Counted from the stretch's first letter, positions 10,713-20,078 are shown. The stretch: 64,000 bases of DNA from Gammaproteobacteria bacterium (GCA_965240365.1 OZ251218.1:1594765-1658764), one strand, 5' to 3'. Notes: generated by a model from the letters alone, not told the origin. A program made the numbers and translations.

Positions 10713-11186
10713 TCAGGGATTTTCCAGCAGACTCCGCAACATCCAGGCATTCTTCTCGTGGATCTGCATGCGTTGCGTGAGCAGGTCCGCGCTCGGTTCG
10801 TCATTGGCGCCATCCACCAGCGGGAAGATCGAGCGCGCCGTCCTGACCACGGTTTCCTGACCCTCGACCAGTTGCCTGATCATGCCCTCCGCGTTTGGCG
10901 TACCGGTTTCCTCTTCAATAGAAGAGAGTTCGGCAAATTGCTGGTATGAACCCGGCGCGTTGACGCCCAGGGCGCGGATCCGCTCGGCGATCTCGTCGAC
11001 GGCCGTGGCCAGTTCCATATAATGCGTTTCAAACAGGTTGTGCAGGGTCGAAAACATCGGCCCGGTCACATTCCAGTGGAAATTGTGCGTTTTTAAATAT
11101 AGAGTGTAGCTGTCGGCCAGAAGACGTGACAAACCTTCGCCGATCTTTTCACGATCGGCCTTTTCAATGCTGATATTAATTTCCAT
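10713..11186 (-). CDS. dps: Dps DNA-protection ferritin-like protein
   Basis: [26 protein letters not shown] and HEKNAWML motifs. Confidence 0.96.
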   Translation of the reverse strand: MEINISIEKADREKIGEGLSRLLADSYTLYLKTHNFHWNVTGPMFSTLHNLFETHYMELATAVDEIAERIRALGVNAPGSYQQFAELSSIEEETGTPNAEGMIRQLVEGQETVVRTARSIFPLVDGANDEPSADLLTQRMQIHEKNAWMLRSLLENP

Positions 11187-11254
11187 TATTGCTCTCCGGT
11201 GTTAATAAAATAATTATAGCCTTAAATTTTAGCGAGCGGATTCATTTAAATAAA

Positions 11255-11291
11255 AGCAATTATTTCTATTTTCTTGATAGTCTCAGACTAT
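11255..11291 (-). promoter_or_regulatory. OxyR-type binding site upstream of dps
   Basis: Minus strand reads ATAG-N7-CTAT-N7-ATAG-N7-TGCT, three of four OxyR tetramers at exact spacing; dps is an established OxyR target. Confidence 0.75.
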
Positions 11292-11339
11292 TAGCCCGCG
11301 CGGGCCGGGGCGCAACCGCACACGACCAACATTGCCATA

Positions 11340-11846
11340 TTGACCATGCTGACTGCCATAAAAATCCTGTTTTTTGCCTTTTTTGATGTATGCCGCCTGC
11401 GCAAGGGCCCGCAAGACATCCCCGCCTCATACCACCTGTTCGGCCTCTGCCTGACCGTTAATATCCTGTTCTCATTCCTGCTGCTGAATCTGTTCCTGTC
11501 GCTGCTCCCGGCCATATCCGCGACGCTCCTCAAAACCGCCGTGTTGCTGACTTATGTCTGGTTCTTTTTATGGGCCTCAAGTATGCCGGGCCGCTGGTTG
11601 CAGACCGTTACGGCCCTGGTCGGCACGGGGATTATCCTGAGCCTGCTGACGCTGTCGCTCTACCTGTTCGACGGCATCAAAACGGAGCCCGGGGAGTGGC
11701 TGTTCCTGCTGCTGATCGGCTGGGACATTCTCATAATGGGCCATATCCTGCGCCATGCCATGCTGGTGCGCCTCTGGCTGGCCATCGTGCTGAGCATCAT
11801 GTACGTCATTATCGTCTTCAATCTCATCCGAATCTTCATCCTGTAG
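11340..11846 (+). CDS. hypothetical integral membrane protein
   Basis: About five hydrophobic segments, GPQDIPAS motif; directly upstream of mpl. Confidence 0.75.
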   Translation: MTMLTAIKILFFAFFDVCRLRKGPQDIPASYHLFGLCLTVNILFSFLLLNLFLSLLPAISATLLKTAVLLTYVWFFLWASSMPGRWLQTVTALVGTGIILSLLTLSLYLFDGIKTEPGEWLFLLLIGWDILIMGHILRHAMLVRLWLAIVLSIMYVIIVFNLIRIFIL

Positions 11847-11856
11847 CAGTGTACTG

Positions 11857-13209
11857 ATGCACATCCATATCCTGGGCATCTGCGGCGTCTTCATGGGCGG
11901 CATCGCGCAGATCGCAAAGCGCCTCGGCCATACGGTGACCGGCTCCGACGAAAATATCTATGCGCCGATGAGCGGGCAACTGGCGGCCGCGGGCATCGAC
12001 ATCATGCCGGGCTATGACGCCGCGCAACTGCGGCCGGCGCCGGACCAGATCCTCATCGGCAACGCCCTCAGCCGGGGCAACCCGGCGCTGGAGCAGGTCT
12101 TGAACGCGGGGCTGAACTATCTGTCCGGGCCGGAATGGCTCTACCGGGAAGTCCTGCGCGACAGGCATGTGCTGGCCGTTGCCGGCACCCACGGCAAGAC
12201 CAGCACGACCGCGATGCTGGCCTGGATCCTGGAATACGCGGGCCGGAGGCCGGGATTTTTGATCGGCGGCGTAGCCGAAAATTTCGATCAGTCGGCCCGC
12301 CACAGCGGCTCGGACTATTTCGTGATCGAGGCGGATGAGTACGATACGGCCTTTTTCGACAAACGCGCGAAATTTATCCATTACCGCCCGCGAACCTTGA
12401 TCATAAACAACATAGAGTTCGATCATGCAGATATATTCGCCGATATTGCCGCTATCAGGCGCGAATTTCATCATTTGGTGCGGACTTTGCCACAACGGGC
12501 GCGGCTTGTCCGGCTGGCCGGGGATGCGCAGATCCGGCAGGTTTTGGCGCAGGGTTGCTGGTCTGAGACGGTCAGCTTTGGGGCGGACGGGGCCGACTGG
12601 TCGATCGCGGAGGCGAACCGCGATTGCAGCCGTTTTTCGGTCAGCCGGGGCGGGGCAAAGCTGGCCGAGGTGCAATGGCCGCTGTTCGGTCGGCACAATG
12701 CGCACAATGCCCTGGCGGCGATCATCGCCGCCGATCACATCGGCATCCCGGCCCGGCAGGCCGCCCTGGCCCTGGCCGGATTCAAATCGGTCAAGCGCCG
12801 GCTGGAATGTATCCTCGCCACGGACGGCATTCGCCTGTATGATGACTTTGCCCATCACCCGACGGCGATTGCAATGACCCTCAAGGCCCTGCGCCAGCGC
12901 GCCGGCGCCGCCCGCGTCATCGCCGTGCTGGAACCGCGCTCCAATACGATGAAGATGGGCGCACACGCCGAGACCCTGGCCGGTTCACTGCGCGAGGCCG
13001 ATCAGGTCTTGATCCTTCAAGCCGAAAATATCAAATGGGATATCGCCGGAAACATGAGTGAAATCGAGACGCGCTGCGCGCTTTTCCATGACATTGACGC
13101 CATCGTCAACCGGATTCGGACAATGAAACAGCATGGCGATCACATCGTCCTGATGAGTAACGGCGGCTTCGGCGGCCTGCGCGAAAAATTGATCGAGGCA
13201 TTACGTTGA
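11857..13209 (+). CDS. mpl: murein peptide ligase
   Basis: HIHILGICGVFMGG, AGTHGKTST, EADEYDTAFFDKRAKF, DDFAHHPTAI and EPRSNTMKMG motifs. Confidence 0.96.
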   Translation: MHIHILGICGVFMGGIAQIAKRLGHTVTGSDENIYAPMSGQLAAAGIDIMPGYDAAQLRPAPDQILIGNALSRGNPALEQVLNAGLNYLSGPEWLYREVLRDRHVLAVAGTHGKTSTTAMLAWILEYAGRRPGFLIGGVAENFDQSARHSGSDYFVIEADEYDTAFFDKRAKFIHYRPRTLIINNIEFDHADIFADIAAIRREFHHLVRTLPQRARLVRLAGDAQIRQVLAQGCWSETVSFGADGADWSIAEANRDCSRFSVSRGGAKLAEVQWPLFGRHNAHNALAAIIAADHIGIPARQAALALAGFKSVKRRLECILATDGIRLYDDFAHHPTAIAMTLKALRQRAGAARVIAVLEPRSNTMKMGAHAETLAGSLREADQVLILQAENIKWDIAGNMSEIETRCALFHDIDAIVNRIRTMKQHGDHIVLMSNGGFGGLREKLIEALR

Positions 13210-13802
13210 GCGAAACTATCCCGCTGTTCCCGCTGGGCACCGTGCTGTTTCCGGGCGGCGACCTCAAACTGCGCCTGTTCGAGCCGCGCTATATCGACAT
13301 GGTCAGTGAATGCCTGCGCGCCGGCAGCGGTTTTGGCGTGTGCCTGATCAGCGCCGGGGCCGAGGCCGGCCGGCCGGCGCAATTTTTCCGGTTCGGCACC
13401 AGCGGCGCCATTACCGATTTTGAAAAAATGCCGGACGGCTTGCTGGGCATCAATGTCCGGGGGGAACGGCGCTTCAGGGTGGATCGCTCCTCGATCAGGG
13501 CGGATGATCTCTGTATCGGCGAAGTCACCTTTCTGGAACAGCAGGACGTGCTGCTGCCGCTCTCCTATCGCGGCTTTTCCGATTTGCTGAAAGAGATCGC
13601 AACCCGCTATCAACTGCCCTACGCCGCCGGGGACGAGCGCTTTGAAAGGGCCGACTGGGTCAGCGAGCGCCTGTCTGAACTGCTGCCGTTTGAAATGCCG
13701 GTCAAGCAGACCCTGCTGGAAATGGACGACGCCCTGCGCCGCTTTGATTACATCCAGAGCCTGCTGGAAAAGATGGGGGTCGGCAAACTGGCCCTGAACT
13801 GA
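13206..13802 (+). CDS. LON peptidase substrate-binding domain protein
   Basis: IPLFPLGTVLFPG..L.LRLFEPRYIDMV motif. Confidence 0.9.
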   Translation: MSETIPLFPLGTVLFPGGDLKLRLFEPRYIDMVSECLRAGSGFGVCLISAGAEAGRPAQFFRFGTSGAITDFEKMPDGLLGINVRGERRFRVDRSSIRADDLCIGEVTFLEQQDVLLPLSYRGFSDLLKEIATRYQLPYAAGDERFERADWVSERLSELLPFEMPVKQTLLEMDDALRRFDYIQSLLEKMGVGKLALN

Positions 13803-13841
13803 GCCGCTGTTGATAAGCACCCTCGCTGCTGTATTGGGCCT

Positions 13842-14249
13842 TCATTTTTTGGTGAACATCGCCTTTAGCTTCTCAAACCAACCCTGCCGCGTCCGTTTCC
13901 TGGCGGCATTGGCGCGCGCCTGATCGGCCTTGCTCAGCCGTTTATTTGCGAAGGTGGCGCGCGCCTGGTCGGCCTTGCCCAACGGCTTCGCATGACTGCC
14001 GCCGTGACTGGCAACGGGCTTGCCGCCAAGCAAGGCCCCAACGCGCGCGCCCGCCTTTGGGCCAAGCTTCTTTTTTACCTTATTGAAGATGTAATTGTCC
14101 GTATATTCCTTTGCCTTTATTTCCTTAAGGACCGTCATAATAACCTCGTCCCCTTTCTCCTTTCTCAGGGCCAGATAAAGGCTTTCAAACAAACTCTCTG
14201 ACCACATGGTCCTGGCCTCGGTGGCGCCATCAGGACTTTTATCACTCAT
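13842..14249 (-). CDS. hypothetical protein, basic C-terminal half with internal duplication
   Basis: ORF with GAGG RBS before ATG 14249; KADQARA occurs twice. Confidence 0.6.
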   Translation of the reverse strand: MSDKSPDGATEARTMWSESLFESLYLALRKEKGDEVIMTVLKEIKAKEYTDNYIFNKVKKKLGPKAGARVGALLGGKPVASHGGSHAKPLGKADQARATFANKRLSKADQARANAARKRTRQGWFEKLKAMFTKK

Positions 14250-14372
14250 AACCTCGCTCCGGGAAAAGTCATTTTCACTCAATCAACAGAATTTAAGGAG
14301 ACTCTGATTAAATCAAAGTCCCTGCCAGCTAAAGTATAACAAACAAGGCCGTGACGAAAACTCTAATTTAAG

Positions 14373-14758
14373 GGCTCTTTTGAGTTCCGAGTGGGTTAAG
14401 CCGCATGTGGATTGAGTGTGCAGAAAATGGCATGAGCCTGTCTGCGGCAGGCAGGCTGGAATGATGTAAAGCCGGAACAACACCCCGTCGTCATTTATGG
14501 ACAGGATGTCCTGTATGCGGCGTGAGGGCAGGATGCCCGTAGCCGCCCAGCGAAAGCTGGAATCCAGTGGTTGATACAATACATTCCCGCATAAGCGGGA
14601 ATGACCATATTCCAACCGACTCCGCTGAGTTACCTGCCACCCCGCTACCTGCCTGTAGCAGGCAGGCCTGCCTCCGGCAGGCGTGGATTCCTCGGCGGCT
14701 TGTTCCAGACGCCGCTCTACCACCTACGTCCTGTAGGCGAGCTTTCGCTGGAATGACG
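14373..14758. mobile_element. composite MITE-like repeat, copy B (inverted relative to 6486-6815)
   Basis: Near-identical reverse complement of copy A with extra internal insertions. Confidence 0.85.
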
Positions 14759-15065
14759 ACAGGAGCGCGGTCAACTCTTCAACAAAACCGTTGTTCCGGC
14801 CCACCCAAACCAAACACCACTGGCAAACCGCAAACAATAAGTATAATATTTCAACCTTACGGCCCAACAAAGCCGGAGGCCACGCGGAAAACAGGCAAAA
14901 ACGAAGACTGCCCCGCGTGCTCCGCCCGGCCCGGCCGCCGGTTTGTTGGTTGCCCTTAGCCCATGAACACCGTTGCCATGCGATGATCAAGCACAAAGAA
15001 ATCGGAGCAAGCGCTCACAAACACCCCATCGCCCCGCGCTCGCGGCCCGGATACTCAAAGCCCGC

Positions 15066-15623
15066 ATGCCCCCGACCCAAACACCCGGAGCCAATCCATT
15101 GAGCCAGGACGAAAGCACGCTCAAGCTCTTCATGGCGCATCGCCCGCTGCTGGTGAAGTATGCCAATGACATCCTCGACAACCCGGCGGACGCCGAAGAT
15201 GTGGTGCAAATGGCCTGGGGGCGCTATGAGGCCACGGCCAGGCAGCGCGATCTCAGCGAACCGGTCGGCTATCTCTACCGCATCGTGCGCAACCTCGCCA
15301 TCAACAGCTACCACCGCCGCCAGCGGCAGGAGCAGATGATGGCGCCCGCCGACATCGAGATCGAGGAAACCATCGCCGACAATGGCCCGACCCCGGAGGA
15401 AGCCACCATCGCCCAACACGAATTACGCCTGCTGGGCAAGGCCCTGGCCGAACTGCCCGAGCGCACCCGCGTTGCCCTGGAAATGCGTCAGTGCGGCGGC
15501 CACAAGTTCAGGGAAATCGCCGCTCATCTCGGCATATCCGTGACTATGGCGCACGATATTGTTACCGAAGGCATTATCCATTGCCGCCACCGCGTGCGCC
15601 CGGAGCAGTGCCCGGATCGGTGA
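15066..15623 (+). CDS. FecI-family ECF sigma factor
   Basis: AEDVVQ, YLYRIVRNLAI and LAELPERTR.ALEM...IAAHLGIS motifs; start codon uncertain. Confidence 0.9.
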   Translation: MPPTQTPGANPLSQDESTLKLFMAHRPLLVKYANDILDNPADAEDVVQMAWGRYEATARQRDLSEPVGYLYRIVRNLAINSYHRRQRQEQMMAPADIEIEETIADNGPTPEEATIAQHELRLLGKALAELPERTRVALEMRQCGGHKFREIAAHLGISVTMAHDIVTEGIIHCRHRVRPEQCPDR

Positions 15624-15690
15624 TGCTCCCGCCCTTATTCATGCCAGCCCGGAAAAACACCGCCGCCACAAGGCCGCTCACGCGCCGGCC

Positions 15691-16746
15691 ATGACCCCCT
15701 CAGACCCCGAAGAAAAGCGCTCTGCCACGGCAGAGGCGGCCCGCTGGCTGATCGCGCTGGAAGAAGACCCGGATGACGCGGCGCTGCGCGCCCGCTTTGA
15801 GGTCTGGCTGGCCGAAAGTCCCGCCAACGCCGAGGCCTGGACCAACACCTCGGAAGTCTATGCCATGATGGCCAAAATACCGCCGGTCCATGCCGATCAA
15901 TGGGCCGATCAACGGGCCGATCAACGGGTCGGCCGCGAAGCCGCCCAGGCCCCCGCCGAGGATGATGGCGATGACGCGGCCGCAAGCGCTAACCATGACG
16001 CGCGCCCGGCCCCGCCGCGCGCCCGCCCGCGCCGCGCCGGGCGCAGATCAATCGGCCGCCGGCTCCTGGGCGCGGCGCTCGCGGCCTGGCTCGTCTTCAA
16101 TCTCGCCCCGCCGCTCTGGGTGCGCCTGCAAGCGGACCACCTCACCGCGGCCGCCGAATCAGAATCCATCCGCCTGGACGATGGCAGCCAGGTCCATCTT
16201 GCCCCGGCCAGCGCCGTCAACATTGAGCCGGGCGGCCGCCGCGTGCGGTTGATTAAGGGCGAAGCCTTCTTCGAGGCAAGCCCCGCCGACCGGCCGTTCA
16301 CGGTGACCGTTGGCAAGCTCAGGGCCACGGCGCTCGGCACCGCCTTCAATGTCCGCCGTGGCAAGCGCTCGGTTACGGTCGCCGTCGGCGAAGGCCGCGT
16401 GCGTGTCGAACAGGCCCCGCTGGCGGCCGAGTTGACCGCGGGCGACTGGCTGCATGTCGGCCCGGATGGCGCCGTCCGGCGCGGCACGGCGCCGGTCGAA
16501 GAAGCCGGGGCCTGGCGCCGGGGCCTGCTGATCGCGCGCGACCGCCCCCTGGCCGGGCTTGTGGACGATCTGCGCCGCTACTACGCCGGGCAGATCGTCC
16601 TCACCAACCACGAATTCGGCCGGCTTAGGGTGTCCGGCGTCTTCCGCCCCGCCGACCCCGCCGCCGCCCTGCAAGCCATCGCCGCCGCCCACGGCGGCGC
16701 GGTGAGCCAACTCTCACCCTGGATACTGCTGGTCTCGCCCCGCTAA
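15691..16746 (+). CDS. FecR-family anti-sigma / transmembrane sensor
   Basis: EAARWL...FEVWLAESPAN, TM segment, LDDGSQVHL, GEAFF, ALGTAFNV and AWRRGLL motifs. Confidence 0.92.
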   Translation: MTPSDPEEKRSATAEAARWLIALEEDPDDAALRARFEVWLAESPANAEAWTNTSEVYAMMAKIPPVHADQWADQRADQRVGREAAQAPAEDDGDDAAASANHDARPAPPRARPRRAGRRSIGRRLLGAALAAWLVFNLAPPLWVRLQADHLTAAAESESIRLDDGSQVHLAPASAVNIEPGGRRVRLIKGEAFFEASPADRPFTVTVGKLRATALGTAFNVRRGKRSVTVAVGEGRVRVEQAPLAAELTAGDWLHVGPDGAVRRGTAPVEEAGAWRRGLLIARDRPLAGLVDDLRRYYAGQIVLTNHEFGRLRVSGVFRPADPAAALQAIAAAHGGAVSQLSPWILLVSPR

Positions 16747-16851
16747 ACCGCCTGGCTCTCGGGTCTGCCTGCTGTAGGCGGGCCAGGTAAGCCCGGGGCA
16801 AGCGGCCGAGGAATCTAAAAAGGCGCTGTCCGAATGCGCCTACCGCCCCCG

Positions 16852-17080
16852 CCGTCATTTATGGGCAGGATGTCCTGTATGCGGCGACCTGCCTGCAACA
16901 GACAGGTCCATAACAAGCGGCTGAAGGATTCTGTAAGGTGATGCCGAGATATACTTACTATTCCCGCCGTCATTCCAGCGAAAGCTCGCCTGCATGGATG
17001 CAGGTGGTAGAGCGGCGTCAGGAACAGGCCGCCGAGGAATCCAGTGGTTTATGTAATACATTCCCGTTTACGGGAATGAC
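16852..17080. repeat. cluster of nested palindromic repeats
   Basis: CGTCATT plus GGA-hairpin insert plus 19-bp palindrome (16852-16906); full REP-like unit with a 49-nt insert (16968-17080). Confidence 0.85.
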
Positions 17081-17282
17081 AATAAAACGGGCATTCGAGA
17101 CGGCAAGGCGCAGACCTTCTTGCAACAGACAAATCCGCGGATAATTCCACTCCCTTCCCACCTCACCACTCATTATTTCCCAATAAGAAATTCATAAATT
17201 CTCAAATTTTTTACAAAAATTCCAACTTCATAACCGAAAAAACCGCATCCCCGATTGTTATACAAGTAAGTGCTTAAAATAT

Positions 17283-17297
17283 TGCGATTGATTCGCA
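17283..17297 (+). promoter_or_regulatory. putative Fur box
   Basis: TGCGATT-G-ATTCGCA, a 7-1-7 inverted repeat in the AT-rich leader of the TonB receptor gene. Confidence 0.5.
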
Positions 17298-17351
17298 CTC
17301 TTTATCCGCCCCGAACAACAACCTGAATTCAAGCGACAAAGGAAAATCAAC

Positions 17352-19835
17352 ATGCCGAACAAACAACAGGAGCGCCATTGCGCCCACACGACCGCCCGTC
17401 ACCAAACGCCAGCCGGCCCGCTATGCTTTTTACTGGCCGCCCTGACCCTCGTCATCGCCTGCCCGCCCGCCCGGGCGCTGGCGGAGGAGCAAGGCGCGGC
17501 GGCGGCAGAGGCCCACTTCAACATCGCGCCCCAACCCCTGACCGATGCCCTGGCTCTGTTCGGCCGTCAGTCCGGCATGCAGGTCTCGGCCGCGGCCGGC
17601 CTTATCCGGGATATCACCTCGCCCGGCGTCAGCGGCGCGCTGCAACATACCGAGGCGCTCAGCCAACTGCTGGCCGGCACGGGCATCGCCTACCGGCTCA
17701 CGGCCGCCAATACCGCCGTGCTCGAATCCGCGCCGGAGGAGGAAGAACCCATACCAATGGCGCCCCTGACGGTAGAGGGGGAGGCGCAATCGGCAGAGCC
17801 GTGGTTGTCCGGCGATGCCGAAAAGGCGTATCGCGTGGAAGACGCCAATGTCGGCGTGCTCGGGAATAAACTACTGCAAGACACCCCTTACAGCGTTGAA
17901 GCCTATTCCAGTGACTTGATAAAAAACAAACAGGCACGCTCGTTAGCTGACATCACCAAAGGCGATGCCTCAGTCAACCTGACGCCAGACACCCTTGCAG
18001 GTGAAAATAATAATATAGGTATAAGGGGTATAAACCTCGACAATGAAACTTCACGAAAAATTGACGGCTTGAATGCGCGTGTGGGTATTAACGATCTACC
18101 TCTGGAGCACGTGGAACGGGTTGAAATTCTCAAGGGCGCCGGTGGCTTCCTGTACGGCTTCGGGCAGCCGGGCGGCATCATCAACTACGTATTGAAACGG
18201 CCCACGGATGCGCCTTTTCGGAGCCTTAACATGCAGGTGATGGACAGCGGTCTGGCGCTGATTCACGGGGATGTGGGCGGACGATTCGGCGCCGATGATC
18301 GCTTTGGTTACCGCGTCAATCTGGTCCATGAATCGGGAGACACCTATATCAATGACGGCGAGTCACGGCGTAATTCAGGCTCCATCGCCCTGGACTGGCA
18401 GATCACACCCGATTTGTTATGGCGGGTCGATGCGCTATTGGGAAAGCATAAGAGGACAGGTGGTTATTTTTTATACCCAAACTCTGATGGCGCTATTAGC
18501 TTTATCCCCGGTAAACCACCCGCGCCCATTGACGGTAGTCGCAGACTTGCCCCCTCCTGGTCTCACTATGAGACGGCTCAAGAAACCTACGGCACAGATC
18601 TGTCCTGGGATTTTGCCGCGGACTGGACTCTGACTCTGGCGCATCGCTACGGGGAAACTGGACGCGCATATAATCAGACAGGCATCCTTGCTGACTCTGC
18701 AGGTAACTACTCGTTGCGATATTTTAACTATGCAAGTCGGACAAAGACCGCGCAATCGCAAGCAATGATCAACGGCATCTTCACAACCGGCCCGATATTG
18801 CATGAGTTGGCAGTAGGTGTTTCTTACGGTAAACACGCCAATATCGCGGCAACAGCAGTAGTAAATGGGGCTATCCGCCCTATCTTCCCCTTTGGGAATA
18901 TCCCCAATGTAGGTAATTTGTCCAATCCAGTTGAAGTTAGTAACCCATTTGACCGTCTTATCTCTTACAGGCAAACAGATACAGAAACGGCTAGCACCCG
19001 TTGGCGGGAAGTATTCCTGTCAGATACACTCCATCTCAGCGGGAATTGGGATATCATCCTTGGCCTGCGGCACAGCAATGTGTATGACGAGCGGTTCTTC
19101 TGGAGCAAAAACAAATACGACAAGAGCGCGATTACCCCCACTCTTGCCGCAGTGTTTCGCCCATTGGAAGGCTTATCCCTGTATGGCAGTTATATAGAAG
19201 CCCTGGAACAAGGGGCGACGGCCCCAGGAACCGCGGTCAACGCCGGTCAAATCTTCCCGCCGCGCGTGAGCAGGCAAGTGGAACTTGGCGCAAAGGCCGA
19301 AGCGGATGACTGGTCGGCCACCGCCGCGCTGTTTCGAACAGAACGCGCGCTGGCCTACACCACCCCGGCCAATGTCTTCACGCAGGACGGCGAAGCACGT
19401 TACCAGGGCCTGGAACTCAACGGCAAATTCCGCCTGGGTTCTCAATACCTTCTGACGGCCAGCGCCATGTGGCTGGACGCCACCAACCAGAAGACCACGG
19501 GCGGCGCCCTTGATGGCAAACGCATCAATGGGGTGGCCCGCGAACGGTTCAGCCTCTATGGCGAGTACCGCGTGCCGAGCTTCCCGCTCACGTTGACGGC
19601 AGGCGCGCGTTATAGGGGTAAGCTCCCGATCCATTCGCTCTACTCTGTTGGCGATGTCACGCTGTTTGACATGGGCGCGCGCTACGAGGCGGAAGTCGCG
19701 GGTCAGAGTCTAACGCTGCGGCTCAATGTGGACAACCTGACCGACGAAGCCTACTGGACTACATTCTCAGGAATCTCCAACTTATACTCGGGCCCGCCGC
19801 GCACTATCAAGCTGGGCGTAGAGCTTGAGTGGTAA
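17352..19835 (+). CDS. TonB-dependent siderophore-type receptor with N-terminal signalling (STN) domain
   Basis: FNIAPQPLTDAL..FGRQSG STN domain, DTPYSV, ERVEILKG..GFLYG..PGGIINYV plug, NVDNLTDEAYW, terminal Trp; follows fecI-fecR. Confidence 0.94.
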   Translation: MPNKQQERHCAHTTARHQTPAGPLCFLLAALTLVIACPPARALAEEQGAAAAEAHFNIAPQPLTDALALFGRQSGMQVSAAAGLIRDITSPGVSGALQHTEALSQLLAGTGIAYRLTAANTAVLESAPEEEEPIPMAPLTVEGEAQSAEPWLSGDAEKAYRVEDANVGVLGNKLLQDTPYSVEAYSSDLIKNKQARSLADITKGDASVNLTPDTLAGENNNIGIRGINLDNETSRKIDGLNARVGINDLPLEHVERVEILKGAGGFLYGFGQPGGIINYVLKRPTDAPFRSLNMQVMDSGLALIHGDVGGRFGADDRFGYRVNLVHESGDTYINDGESRRNSGSIALDWQITPDLLWRVDALLGKHKRTGGYFLYPNSDGAISFIPGKPPAPIDGSRRLAPSWSHYETAQETYGTDLSWDFAADWTLTLAHRYGETGRAYNQTGILADSAGNYSLRYFNYASRTKTAQSQAMINGIFTTGPILHELAVGVSYGKHANIAATAVVNGAIRPIFPFGNIPNVGNLSNPVEVSNPFDRLISYRQTDTETASTRWREVFLSDTLHLSGNWDIILGLRHSNVYDERFFWSKNKYDKSAITPTLAAVFRPLEGLSLYGSYIEALEQGATAPGTAVNAGQIFPPRVSRQVELGAKAEADDWSATAALFRTERALAYTTPANVFTQDGEARYQGLELNGKFRLGSQYLLTASAMWLDATNQKTTGGALDGKRINGVARERFSLYGEYRVPSFPLTLTAGARYRGKLPIHSLYSVGDVTLFDMGARYEAEVAGQSLTLRLNVDNLTDEAYWTTFSGISNLYSGPPRTIKLGVELEW

Positions 19836-19895
19836 GCAAACCGCCGCCCATCCAAACATTCCGCCTGCCTGCCAGGATACACCCACCATCCCCGC

Positions 19896-19964
19896 CGTCA
19901 TTCCGACGCAAGCTCGCCTGCATGGATGCAGGTGGTAGAGCAGCGCCCGCCTGCCGCAGGCAGG
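19896..19964. repeat. truncated REP-like unit with nested inserts
   Basis: CGTCATTCCGACGCAAGCT, then CGCCTGCATGGATGCAGG, then the 19-bp palindrome at 19946-19964. Confidence 0.8.
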
Positions 19965-20042
19965 TCGAGCAATTGCCGCACCCCTTGGCCCTCCATGCGG
20001 ACCGCCTGATTTGTCTCATAGGTATTGAACCCGGACAATGGC

Positions 20043-20071
20043 TTGCAAATAGCCACCCCAACCAGTACCCT
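20043..20071 (+). promoter_or_regulatory. sigma70-like promoter predicting a leaderless mRNA
   Basis: TTGCAA-17-TACCCT ends 7 nt before ATG 20079; no Shine-Dalgarno sequence. Confidence 0.5.
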
Positions 20072-20078
20072 GCCCCTC

